Assembly: GCA_963813715.1 (NCBI GenBank)
Contig: CAWFAK010000003.1
Location: 1-64,000 of the forward strand
Source: an uncultured Planctomycetaceae bacterium
GTDB taxonomy: Bacteria > Planctomycetota > Planctomycetia > Planctomycetales > Planctomycetaceae
DNA: 64,000 nt
Direction of reading: 5' to 3'
Below the pieces are notes generated by a model that ran no database searches, was not told where the DNA came from, and worked only from the letters and a program-made list of their open reading frames with translations. The first letter of the stretch is position 1. The number at the start of each line of letters is the position of its first letter. This document shows positions 1-9,589 of the stretch, piece after piece. The translations under genes were made by a program, and so were the position numbers.

Positions 1-367
1 TGTGTCCGAACACTTGTCACCCATGTGTCCGGTCTCAACACTCTGCCTGCCGTCGGCACGGGGCGCGGATGTGCGGACGCTTCCCATCCCGCGCAGCTCG
101 CCCTTATTAATAACGGGATGTGTCCCGTCCCGCGGTCGGGGGGCATCCGCGAATGTTCCCCGGCGCGCACTCCGAGCGGCTGGAGCTGTGATCGCTCTGG
201 AGGCCGTCAAGCAAAAAGGGGCCAATCTTCATTCTGCCAGAAGCGCCCAATGGACCAAGATCAGTTTGAAGTGGCCCCCCGGGATGCCTCCCGTTTGGTT
301 CGTTAGAATCTCGCCCAAGCGGGAGCTGTCGCCCGATCGATCACGACCTCCGATCCCGGACCCTGCA

Positions 368-862
368 TTGCCGCCAACCTATCTCGTTTGTCCCACCGCA
401 GTCGTCGAAGCTCCGGTCGAGACAGTCTGTCAGCTGCTGACGTACTTTGCAGGCTGGGGCGACTTCTATGATGTGCGAGTGCTCAGAGTCGAACCGCCGG
501 GAGCGGCAGTCGTAGGGCAGCGGATGCGGGGCGAATCGGGGCCGCGGTGGCTGAATCTTGGGATTTGTTTCGAGCACACGCTGGTCGACAACGCACAGCA
601 CAAACTCGAGTTCGACGGCCGGCTGCCGTTGGGGCTGACCGTGCATGAATCACTCGACTGTGCGCCGCTTGATGCCCAGCGCTGCCGCGTCAATTACCAT
701 TGCCACTTCGGTTTCCCCGATAATTGGCGGGGCAAGTTGCTGCGAGTGGTGTTGGTCCGCGCGCTCGCCGACGGGCCGGCTGATTCGTTGGAGAGGCTGA
801 AACGCGCGGTCGAAGCACGCGCGAAAGACGGACCAAGCGATGGTCTTAGACGTGACGGCTGA
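368..862 (+). CDS. SRPBCC/polyketide cyclase-like (START/Bet v1 fold) protein
   Basis: 3' part of ORF 2..862; 'VVEAPVETVCQLL...W' start and 'ADSLERLKRAVE' C-terminal helix are typical of SRPBCC; TTG start at 368 is a guess. Confidence 0.6.
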   Translation: MPPTYLVCPTAVVEAPVETVCQLLTYFAGWGDFYDVRVLRVEPPGAAVVGQRMRGESGPRWLNLGICFEHTLVDNAQHKLEFDGRLPLGLTVHESLDCAPLDAQRCRVNYHCHFGFPDNWRGKLLRVVLVRALADGPADSLERLKRAVEARAKDGPSDGLRRDG

Positions 863-867
863 CTCCC

Positions 868-1152
868 ATGTCCCTCTCCGGCATCATTTCGCGGGGCCTC
901 GGTGTGCTGGTCGCGGTCGCGTACCTGTGCCTCGCATCGGCCGGGTATCTCACGCCGAATCTGGCTGGGCCGATTCTCGTGGGTATGGTCCTTGGGTTGT
1001 TGCTGATCTGGTTTCCCGAAACGATCGGCGGTGCCCTGGCATACTTCGGTCCGGGAAGGACCGCACCGGAAACTCCGCCGTTTCTGGTCGCCTTGGCGGG
1101 CTGGCTCTTTCTGTTGGGGGTTCCGGTCGTCGTGGTGCTTCTGTCTAAATGA
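868..1152 (+). CDS. small membrane protein (about 3 TM helices), unknown function
   Basis: 94-aa hydrophobic ORF starting 5 nt after the previous stop. Confidence 0.55.
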   Translation: MSLSGIISRGLGVLVAVAYLCLASAGYLTPNLAGPILVGMVLGLLLIWFPETIGGALAYFGPGRTAPETPPFLVALAGWLFLLGVPVVVVLLSK

Positions 1153-1384
1153 TCCAAATGAACTCGCGGGTCGCCGGCGAGCCCTCAATATTCGCCAAAG
1201 TCCCAGCGACCCCTTCACATCTGTACCCTCGACCGACAATCCGACGAGGGGCCGCTTGATTTGGGTCCATTTTGGACCGAAACTGGAAGACAGGAAACCG
1301 GTTTCGTCAATTGGGCGCCGTGTCAGAGGAGGGAGCGTGGCTGCGAAGCGCCTGGCGGCTGTCGGCCGCACCGAGGGACGTTCG

Positions 1385-1678
1385 ATGCTGGCAACCCCGA
1401 TGGCTGCTCAGTCCGTTTTGGATCGCGAGTATCTCGAGATCCGCGCCAAGCTGCTCGAAGTGGCTGCGTCGTTCGACCGGCTCGATCGCGGCGGCGGCGT
1501 CGCCGCCGACGAGCGGCGCATGCAGCTCATCCGTCAGGGACTGAAAGTTCTGCTGGACGAGACGGGCGACCGGGCTGAGCAGATTCAATTGATCTTCTCC
1601 CGGTCTTACGACGATGACTGGCAGAAGGAGTTTGGCCTCGTGCCGCCGGCTGCCGAAACCGCCCCGGTCCAGGAGTAA
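1385..1678 (+). CDS. hypothetical protein (97 aa, helical)
   Basis: GAGGG RBS upstream of ATG 1385; 'LDREYLEIRAKLLEVAASFDRLDR'; ends 5 nt before the TatD gene. Confidence 0.75.
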   Translation: MLATPMAAQSVLDREYLEIRAKLLEVAASFDRLDRGGGVAADERRMQLIRQGLKVLLDETGDRAEQIQLIFSRSYDDDWQKEFGLVPPAAETAPVQE

Positions 1679-1683
1679 GCGGG

Positions 1684-2580
1684 ATGTATTACTTCGATCC
1701 GCACATCCACATGGTCTCGCGGACCACCGACGACTATGAACAGCTCGCCAAGATGGGCTGCGTCGGCTTGAGCGAACCCGCGTTCTGGGCCGGCTTCGAT
1801 CGGGGCAGTGTCGACAGCTTTCGCGACTATTTCCGCCAGCTCACCGACTTTGAGAAACGCCGCGCGGCGAATTACGGCATCAAGCACTTCACGTGGCTGT
1901 GCATCAACGCGAAGGAGGCGGAGAACGTCCATCTGTCGCGCGATGTGATCGCCATGATCCCCGAGTTCCTCGATCAGCCAAGCGTGCTCGGCATCGGCGA
2001 GATCGGACTTAACAAGAACACGCCCAACGAAGCGATCGTGTTCTTAGAGCACGTCGACCTGGCCGTGCAGCACGATCAGTCGATCTTGATTCATACGCCC
2101 CACCTGGAAGACAAGTTCCAGGGGACGATGATGATCTTGGATATGCTCTGCGACGACAGCCGCCTCGATCGCAACCGCGTGCTCGTCGATCACGTCGAAG
2201 AGCACACGGTGCGGCACGTGCTCGAAGAGGGCTTTTGGGCCGGGATGACGCTTTATCCCGTGTCGAAGTGCACGCCGTCGCGGGCCGTCGACATGATTGA
2301 GATGTACGGTCCCGATCGGTTGCTGGTGAATTCGGCCGGCGACTGGGGCCCGTCGAAGCCGACGGCCGTTCCCGATTTCATTCTCGAGATGCGCCGTCGC
2401 GGCCACTCGGAGAGCCTGATCCGCCGCATCGTCTACGACAACCCGATCGAGTTCTTCAGCCAGAGCCGCAACTTCCAGTTCCAGGCTCCGGACGCGGTGG
2501 AAGAAATCGTCCGCGTAAGGGAACGGTCGGAATTGCAGTTCGGGTGGCACTGGCGGCTTGTCCGCCAGTGGTCTTTTTAG
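1684..2580 (+). CDS. TatD-family metal-dependent hydrolase (EboB-like)
   Basis: DPHIH, GIGEIGL, IHTPH, VDH and NSAGDW motifs; 'SRTTDDY...EPAFW' start; last codons run into a REP element. Confidence 0.85.
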   Translation: MYYFDPHIHMVSRTTDDYEQLAKMGCVGLSEPAFWAGFDRGSVDSFRDYFRQLTDFEKRRAANYGIKHFTWLCINAKEAENVHLSRDVIAMIPEFLDQPSVLGIGEIGLNKNTPNEAIVFLEHVDLAVQHDQSILIHTPHLEDKFQGTMMILDMLCDDSRLDRNRVLVDHVEEHTVRHVLEEGFWAGMTLYPVSKCTPSRAVDMIEMYGPDRLLVNSAGDWGPSKPTAVPDFILEMRRRGHSESLIRRIVYDNPIEFFSQSRNFQFQAPDAVEEIVRVRERSELQFGWHWRLVRQWSF

Positions 2581-2622
2581 CGTGAAGAGAAGACACTGGC
2601 GGACGAGCCGCCAGTGCCACCC
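2542..2622. repeat. REP doublet (REPIN-like): two inverted 29-bp palindromic units
   Basis: gggtggcactggcggcttgtccgccagtg (2542-2570) and cactggcggacgagccgccagtgccaccc (2594-2622) are reverse complements with 1 mismatch; each has an internal cactggcgg/ccgccagtg hairpin. Confidence 0.85.
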
Positions 2623-2644
2623 AGATTTGCGAAGCATCCTTTGA

Positions 2645-3959
<1,315 letters not shown>

Positions 3960-4125
3960 TGTCCGCGCTCCTGAAAGACGGGTGGTTCTCGCCTTTCATC
4001 GGCCGCAAACGCCGGACGACATGAATTTCGGCAGGCGGGGCGGACTGGGCGGAACTTGGATGCGGAGTGTTCGGCGTGCGTCCCGGGAGCGGCGCTAAGG
4101 TTGCGCGCGAACGTTTGCCGCGTCG

Positions 4126-4308
4126 CTAGCGAGCGCCGCGTTTCTTGGCGCTCGCTTTCTTTTTGGCGGTCGAAGCCTTTGTCGCCTGCGTCTTCTTGGC
4201 GCCGGCCTTGGCCGCCGGCGATTTCTTTTTCGCCCCCTTGGCGAAGATCTTGTCCCAGCCGTCGGAGAATTTGATGGATGTACCGGTGTGGACGGTATAG
4301 CCGGTCAT
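4126..4308 (-). CDS. small Lys/Ala-rich basic protein
   Basis: GAGG RBS; 60 aa with 15 Lys and 2 Arg; short 'KFSDGWDKIF' head then an AK-rich tail. Confidence 0.7.
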   Translation of the reverse strand: MTGYTVHTGTSIKFSDGWDKIFAKGAKKKSPAAKAGAKKTQATKASTAKKKASAKKRGAR

Positions 4309-4381
4309 GTGTAGTTCCTCATGAAGTCAGCCAAAGGGAAGCGTAATCGCGCTCGGCGCGCAGCGCTAAAGCCGGAGCCCG

Positions 4382-5423
4382 TTAGAGACCAAGTAATTGA
4401 CGAATCCCCAGCCAGCTTTGAATGTACGTGGCGAAGGGGAGTCCGTCGACCGTCGCTTCGCGGCGGCGCGTCATGCCGTCGATGGCCGGACCTTCCGTCA
4501 CCATCCGCTCGAGAATTTGGTGTTGAAACTCTGCGTCGAGCGGAGCGAGCGCATCGACGCGATTTCGGCAAACGAGCGTAGCTGCGGCCAGCGCGTTGGC
4601 GCCCCAGTTGCTCGTGCCGGCGATCACGTTCCAATCGGTTGCGATGCGGCACGGAATCCAGGCGGCCGTCTCGCCGCCGATTCGTCGCGCCAGATCCTCC
4701 CACGGGATCGCGCCCATGCCGATCTCATTTCCGCCGTCGCCGATGCCGATGGTTTTCAGGCTCGGCCGTCGCCGCCGGGCGTGCTCGAAGATGAGGTGCA
4801 GGGGGGCGGTCGAGTCGTCGATCAGTTTGCCGCGAGCGTTGTGGCAACGGTCGCGATGCTCGGGCGGAACTTTCGCGACGAATTCGGCAAGAGGTGCCGC
4901 TCCCGTACGCCGCTGGGCTGCGAGAGACTGTTCATCGTGGCTGGGGCCGACGCGTTCGATGGCGATCAGGTGCGTCAATTGGGAGCCGCGATCGGTTTTC
5001 ACGAAGTCTGTCGAACCAGGCGATCGGCGCTGTTGAGTGTTCGCCAGGGCCGGTTTCTACGGGGCAGACTTCGACAGGCAAGCGGCGAATCCCCAAGGCG
5101 CGGGCTGCCGCCTGTACGGCCGATTCACACAGCCGATCGGTGACGAGTGTGCAGCGGATGCCGATCGCTTCGAGGGCCGCGGCCAGCACGACCGCGCCCG
5201 GCGGTCCGTCGGTCTCGGCCGCGGGCAGATCGGCATCGGGGACGAAGAAGCCGGTGACGATCGCGACGCTGCGCGCGGTCGCTGCAAGATTTTCGGCGGC
5301 CTGCGCCAAATGCCCCGGACAAAGCGGCCCCAGTTGCGACTCGGTCGAGATCAATCCGCGGCCGGCGGGGTCGCGGCGGACCAAGGCTTCGATCTGGTCG
5401 AGCAAAGCTAACGAGGATGTCAC
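4382..5423 (-). CDS. DUF4392 / D-glutamate cyclase-like domain protein (frameshift near 5005)
   Basis: IVTGF and ETDGPPGA in ORF 4932..6167; AIERVG, GIGDGGNEIGMG, SNWGA and TVDGLP in ORF 4382..5002. Confidence 0.85.
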
Positions 5424-5708
5424 GTGCCGCCGACTCCGCGCAGGCTCGTTCGCGACGCAAAAAGTTTGGACGGCAGCAGTAGAACGGGGGACGGCCGGCA
5501 TCTCAAGCCGCCGCGACGCCGCAACTTCCCACCGCTGAGAATAGACGTCTTCCGCCGGTTTCTTGGTTCTGGGAAATCTTTTTGGGCGTTGCTTCTCAGA
5601 GTAGACAGTGTGCGCACGCGCTGACAGAATTCCGCGAAGCGAACCCGGTTTCGGGCGGGCTCTGTGCGCACATTTCGATGCCCTCAGCACCATTTCGGTC
5701 GTCGAAGC

Positions 5709-5770
5709 CCGTCTGGCGAAAGAGTCCGTCTGGCAAAAGAGACTGACGCCCCGCCCCGTCTGACAAAACG
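5709..5770 (+). repeat. three direct repeats CCGTCTG(G/A)C(G/A)AAA in a divergent promoter region
   Basis: copies start at 5709, 5726 and 5756. Confidence 0.7.
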
Positions 5771-5870
5771 AAGACGTACGGGCTCCGGCGAATTCATCCG
5801 CCGGCTCGTAGTTTAGTTGTCGGGGCAATTTGCCGGGTCGACATTTGATTTGGTTGTGAGAAAGAGCGAG

Positions 5871-7084
5871 ATGGCGAAGAAGCTCTCCACGGCGGATATT
5901 CTGAAAGCGGCGCGGGCTCAAGCGGGGCAGGGAGGAGAAGCGTCGCCGGCGGCTGCGCCGTCGAGCGAGCCTTCTGCCGCAGCACCAGCGCCGGCCGAGC
6001 CGGCGGCGGCCGAAGAACCCGTCGCGGCAGCGCCTGCACCAGCCGCGCCTGCAAGTTCGGCAGCCCCGAAATCGACCAAAGACATTTTGGCTGCGGCCCG
6101 CGCCAAACCGGTAGTGGCGCAGCAGCCGCGGCCCCCAAGGCAGCCCCGGCGAAAGCTCCCGCGGCACCGGCGGCCGGAGGCGCGCCCAGTTCTACGAAAG
6201 ACATTCTTGCGGCCGCCCGCGCACAAACGACGGGCGGGGCCGCTCCGGCAGCGGGCGCAAAATCGACAAGCGACATTCTGGCCGCCGCTCGGGCCCAATC
6301 GGGCAAGGGGGCTGCGCCGGCCGCACCAACATCGGCGGGCGAAAAGCCGGCCAAAGCGGCGAAGCCTACAGTAGCAGCGGCACCCGCCGCGGCTGCGGGA
6401 GCGCGACCCTCCGTTCAAGAAATGTTGAAAGCCGCAAGAGAAGGCCGCGGAGTCGCTGCCGCTCCGGTCGCAGCGACGGCGACTGCCGTCAAACCGGCGC
6501 CGGCCGCGCCCGTCATTCCGCAAAAGCCAGCCGCCAAGAAGGCGGCAAGCGCCGACGCCGAGCCGCGCCGCGGGTTCCTCGCAGGCACGGCCTGGGTGCT
6601 GTTCGGCTCGCCGTTCCGCCTGGCGTGGACGGCCTTCGCCGCGACGATGGGCTTGGGCGGTCTCGCGACGGCCCGCTTCATGATGCCCAACGTGCTGGTC
6701 GAGCCGCCGAGCAAGTTCAAAGTCGGTCCGCCGTCGGACTATCCGCCGGCGAGCGTCGCCACGAAGTGGACCGCACAATACGGCGTTTGGCTCGTCCACA
6801 ACGAATTCAACGGCAAAGACCTGATCTACGCCCTGCAGACTGTTTGTACGCACCTCGGCTGCACGCCGAACTGGCTGGAAGGCGAACGCAAATTCAAATG
6901 CCCGTGCCACGGCTCGGGCTTTTACATCACGGGAATCAATTTCGAGGGACCCGCGCCGCGACCGCTCGAGCGGATGGCCATCCGCCTGGCCGAGGACGGG
7001 GCGATCGAAGTCGATAAGAGCCGCAAGTTCCAGCAGGAGCTGGGTCAGTGGAACGACCCGGCGAGCTTCGTGGAGGTCGCCTGA
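5871..7084 (+). CDS. Rieske [2Fe-2S] subunit with long Ala/Pro-rich repetitive N-terminus (frameshift near 6105)
   Basis: CTHLGC and CPCHGS boxes; internal RRGFL Tat-like motif plus hydrophobic helix; adding one A in gccaaaccgg joins ATG 5871 in frame to ORF 6422..7084. Confidence 0.9.
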
Positions 7085-7222
7085 GTATCGCCGTCGGAAG
7101 GGATGCCCATTTTCGCCAGGCGGCGCTGGCCGTCGGTTCTTGTCGGGTCACCGAGCTGTCGGTGGCCTCAGAGCGCTTTAAGGACTGAAGTACCCGTCAT
7201 TTCAAGGCTGGCCTGAACCAAC

Positions 7223-7996
7223 ATGTCTGTCGGCGATTACATTCGCGATTCACAGATCTGGAAGAGCATCTTTCGCCACCCGGCTCCGTACGATCGGCGG
7301 AACCGCGTGGTCGTCATGCTGACGAACTTCTTCCTGCATCTGCATCCGGTCTCGATCAAGCAGCAGGGGATCGCCCTCTCCTACACCTGGTGCATGGGGG
7401 GCATCACCTTCTTCTTGTTTCTGGTCGAGACGATTACCGGCGTGCTCTTGATGTTCTATTACCGCCCGACCCTGGAGTGGGCGTTTAACGACATCCTGGC
7501 ACTCCGCGACGTGACGACCCTGGGCATCATGCGAGAGATCCATCGCTGGGGCGCCCACGCGATGGTGATCGCCGTCTGGCTGCACATGTACCGCGTCTTC
7601 CTCACCGGCAGCTACAAGCCACCGCGCGAATTCAATTGGGTGGTGGGCGTGCTGCTCTTGGTGATGACGCTGATGCTGTCGTTCACCGGATACCTGCTGC
7701 CGTGGGACCAACTGGCGATCTGGGCCATCACCGTCGGTTCGAACATGGCCCGAGCGACGCCGTTCCTGGGTCACGAGGGGCCCGGCAATCAGCTGCTCAA
7801 TATTGGAGGGTTCGACCTGATCACCAACGGGAGCGATGCGCGTTTTTTGCTCCTCGGTGGGCGGTTCGTCGGCGAGGCGACGCTGAATCGGTTTTACATC
7901 CTGCACTGCGTGGCGATCCCGCTCGTCGCGGCCGGATTGATTGCGATTCACTTCTGGCGCGTGCGAAAAGACGGAGGCATCAGCCAGCCGCTGTGA
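7223..7996 (+). CDS. petB: cytochrome b6-like subunit (N-terminal half of split cytochrome b)
   Basis: WCMGGITF, IHRWGAH...LHMYRVF, FTGYLLPWDQ, LH(x14)HF and C-terminal RKDGGISQPL. Confidence 0.92.
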   Translation: MSVGDYIRDSQIWKSIFRHPAPYDRRNRVVVMLTNFFLHLHPVSIKQQGIALSYTWCMGGITFFLFLVETITGVLLMFYYRPTLEWAFNDILALRDVTTLGIMREIHRWGAHAMVIAVWLHMYRVFLTGSYKPPREFNWVVGVLLLVMTLMLSFTGYLLPWDQLAIWAITVGSNMARATPFLGHEGPGNQLLNIGGFDLITNGSDARFLLLGGRFVGEATLNRFYILHCVAIPLVAAGLIAIHFWRVRKDGGISQPL

Positions 7997-8158
7997 CCTG
8001 CGTCTCGAACACCGAGCCGGGAACATCAGTCCCCGGAGGCCTCCAGAATCAGGGGAATCTCGGTCGGCTGACGCCGGCCATGCAGGATGATTCGCGGCCG
8101 CAGGACGGACTGGCCGACTGCAACAAACGAACGACAGCAAGAATGCACAGGGACGAGG

Positions 8159-9544
8159 ATGCTTGAACCTCATCCGGACTTAACACTCGACGTCATTCAC
8201 GGCTTGGGATGGATTTGGCTCATCCTGGCCGCGATGAACTTCGCCTGGGCGGTCCACGCCTTTCGCAAGGGATCGCATTTTCGGACCGGCCTGGGCGGGC
8301 TTCTGAGCCACCCGCAGGACGTGCCGAGCGCCGCTCCTTGGGCGCTCTTCGCCACAGTGCTGCTCTTGATCGGGCTCGCGCATGTCGGCCGCCACGCCGA
8401 CCCGGAAAGCTTCAAGATCTTCCTGCCCGACGCGTTCAAGCAGTTCGTCAACACGGTCGTGGCCAGCCCCCAGATTTATTTCTGTCTGTCGATCGTGGGC
8501 TTTGGCCTGGTCGTGGCCTTGCGCAAGTGGCTGGTGAACTCGACTGTCGCCTGGTCGTTGCTCAACCTGGGGCTGTTGTTCCTAGTCCTGAGCCTGACCG
8601 ACTACAACTTCCGCCAAATCGTTGGCAAGCCGGACAACGTTCCGATCGTGTCGATGCTGTTCATCGTCGCCTTCTTCACCTGGCTCTATTTCAAGCGAGC
8701 CGTTGAAAACGACGAGCGGATTGCGGCCGGCCGGCCGGTCCTCGAGGCCGAGAACAACGAGAAAGTCCTGGTCTGGCCCGACCTGGTCTACACCGAACTG
8801 ATCTGCATGGTGGTGCTGACCGCCGTGCTGGTGGCGTGGGGCATCGCGCTGCAGGCGCCGCTGGAAGAGCCCGCCTCGTCCGTACGCACGCCCAATCCGT
8901 CGAAGGCCCCGTGGTACTTCCTCGGCTTGCAGGAAATGCTGGTCTACTACGATCCGTGGCTGGCCGGCGTGGTCTTCCCGAGCCTGATCATCGTGGGCCT
9001 GATGGCCATTCCCTACATCGATTTCAACAAGAAGGGGAACGGCTATTACTCGTACAAGGAGCGGTCGTTCGCCGTCCTCACGTTCATGTTCGGGTTTTTG
9101 CCGTTGTGGATCGCCACGATCATCCTCGGCACGTTTCTCCGCGGCCCGAACTGGAATATTTTTGGCATTTATGAGTTCTGGGACGTCCACAAGCTGGAAG
9201 TGCTGAATAACGTCAATCTCTCGGAGATGTTCTGGCTCAACTGGATGCACACGTCGCTGCCGGTGGCCCCGGCCGATGCCGGCGCAATGACCAAGTTGGG
9301 CTACATTTTGCTGCGGGAATGGCTCGGGTTCGTAGTGATTTTTGCGTACTTCTTCTTGATGCCGCCACTATTGGCACGGATGCCGTTCTTCTCCAAGTTC
9401 TACGCGCGGATGGGATTCATCCGTTACATGGTGTTCGCCAACCTGCTGCTCTGGATGGCCGCCCTGCCGATCAAGATGGTGCTCCGCTGGACGGTGAACT
9501 TGAAATACCTGGTCGGCATTCCGGAGTGGTTCTTTAATATCTGA
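8159..9544 (+). CDS. cytochrome b subunit IV-like protein with extra N- and C-terminal TM helices
   Basis: 'VWPDLVY...PLEEPA...TPNPSKAPWYFLGLQEML' aligns with PetD 'AWPNDLLY...GEPA...TPLEILPEWYF'. Confidence 0.85.
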   Translation: MLEPHPDLTLDVIHGLGWIWLILAAMNFAWAVHAFRKGSHFRTGLGGLLSHPQDVPSAAPWALFATVLLLIGLAHVGRHADPESFKIFLPDAFKQFVNTVVASPQIYFCLSIVGFGLVVALRKWLVNSTVAWSLLNLGLLFLVLSLTDYNFRQIVGKPDNVPIVSMLFIVAFFTWLYFKRAVENDERIAAGRPVLEAENNEKVLVWPDLVYTELICMVVLTAVLVAWGIALQAPLEEPASSVRTPNPSKAPWYFLGLQEMLVYYDPWLAGVVFPSLIIVGLMAIPYIDFNKKGNGYYSYKERSFAVLTFMFGFLPLWIATIILGTFLRGPNWNIFGIYEFWDVHKLEVLNNVNLSEMFWLNWMHTSLPVAPADAGAMTKLGYILLREWLGFVVIFAYFFLMPPLLARMPFFSKFYARMGFIRYMVFANLLLWMAALPIKMVLRWTVNLKYLVGIPEWFFNI

Positions 9545-9589
9545 GCGCGCACGGGTTCCCACGCGACCCGTTTTGGAGTTTCAGACGCG

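Noticed and set aside
101..280. TTATTAATAA palindrome (104-113) and GGCCAAT/AAGTGGCC boxes
   Set aside because: Short enough to be chance, and upstream context lies outside the window
1264..1278. GGTCCA-N3-TGGACC inverted repeat
   Set aside because: A single 6-bp-arm palindrome with no regulator nearby; insufficient support
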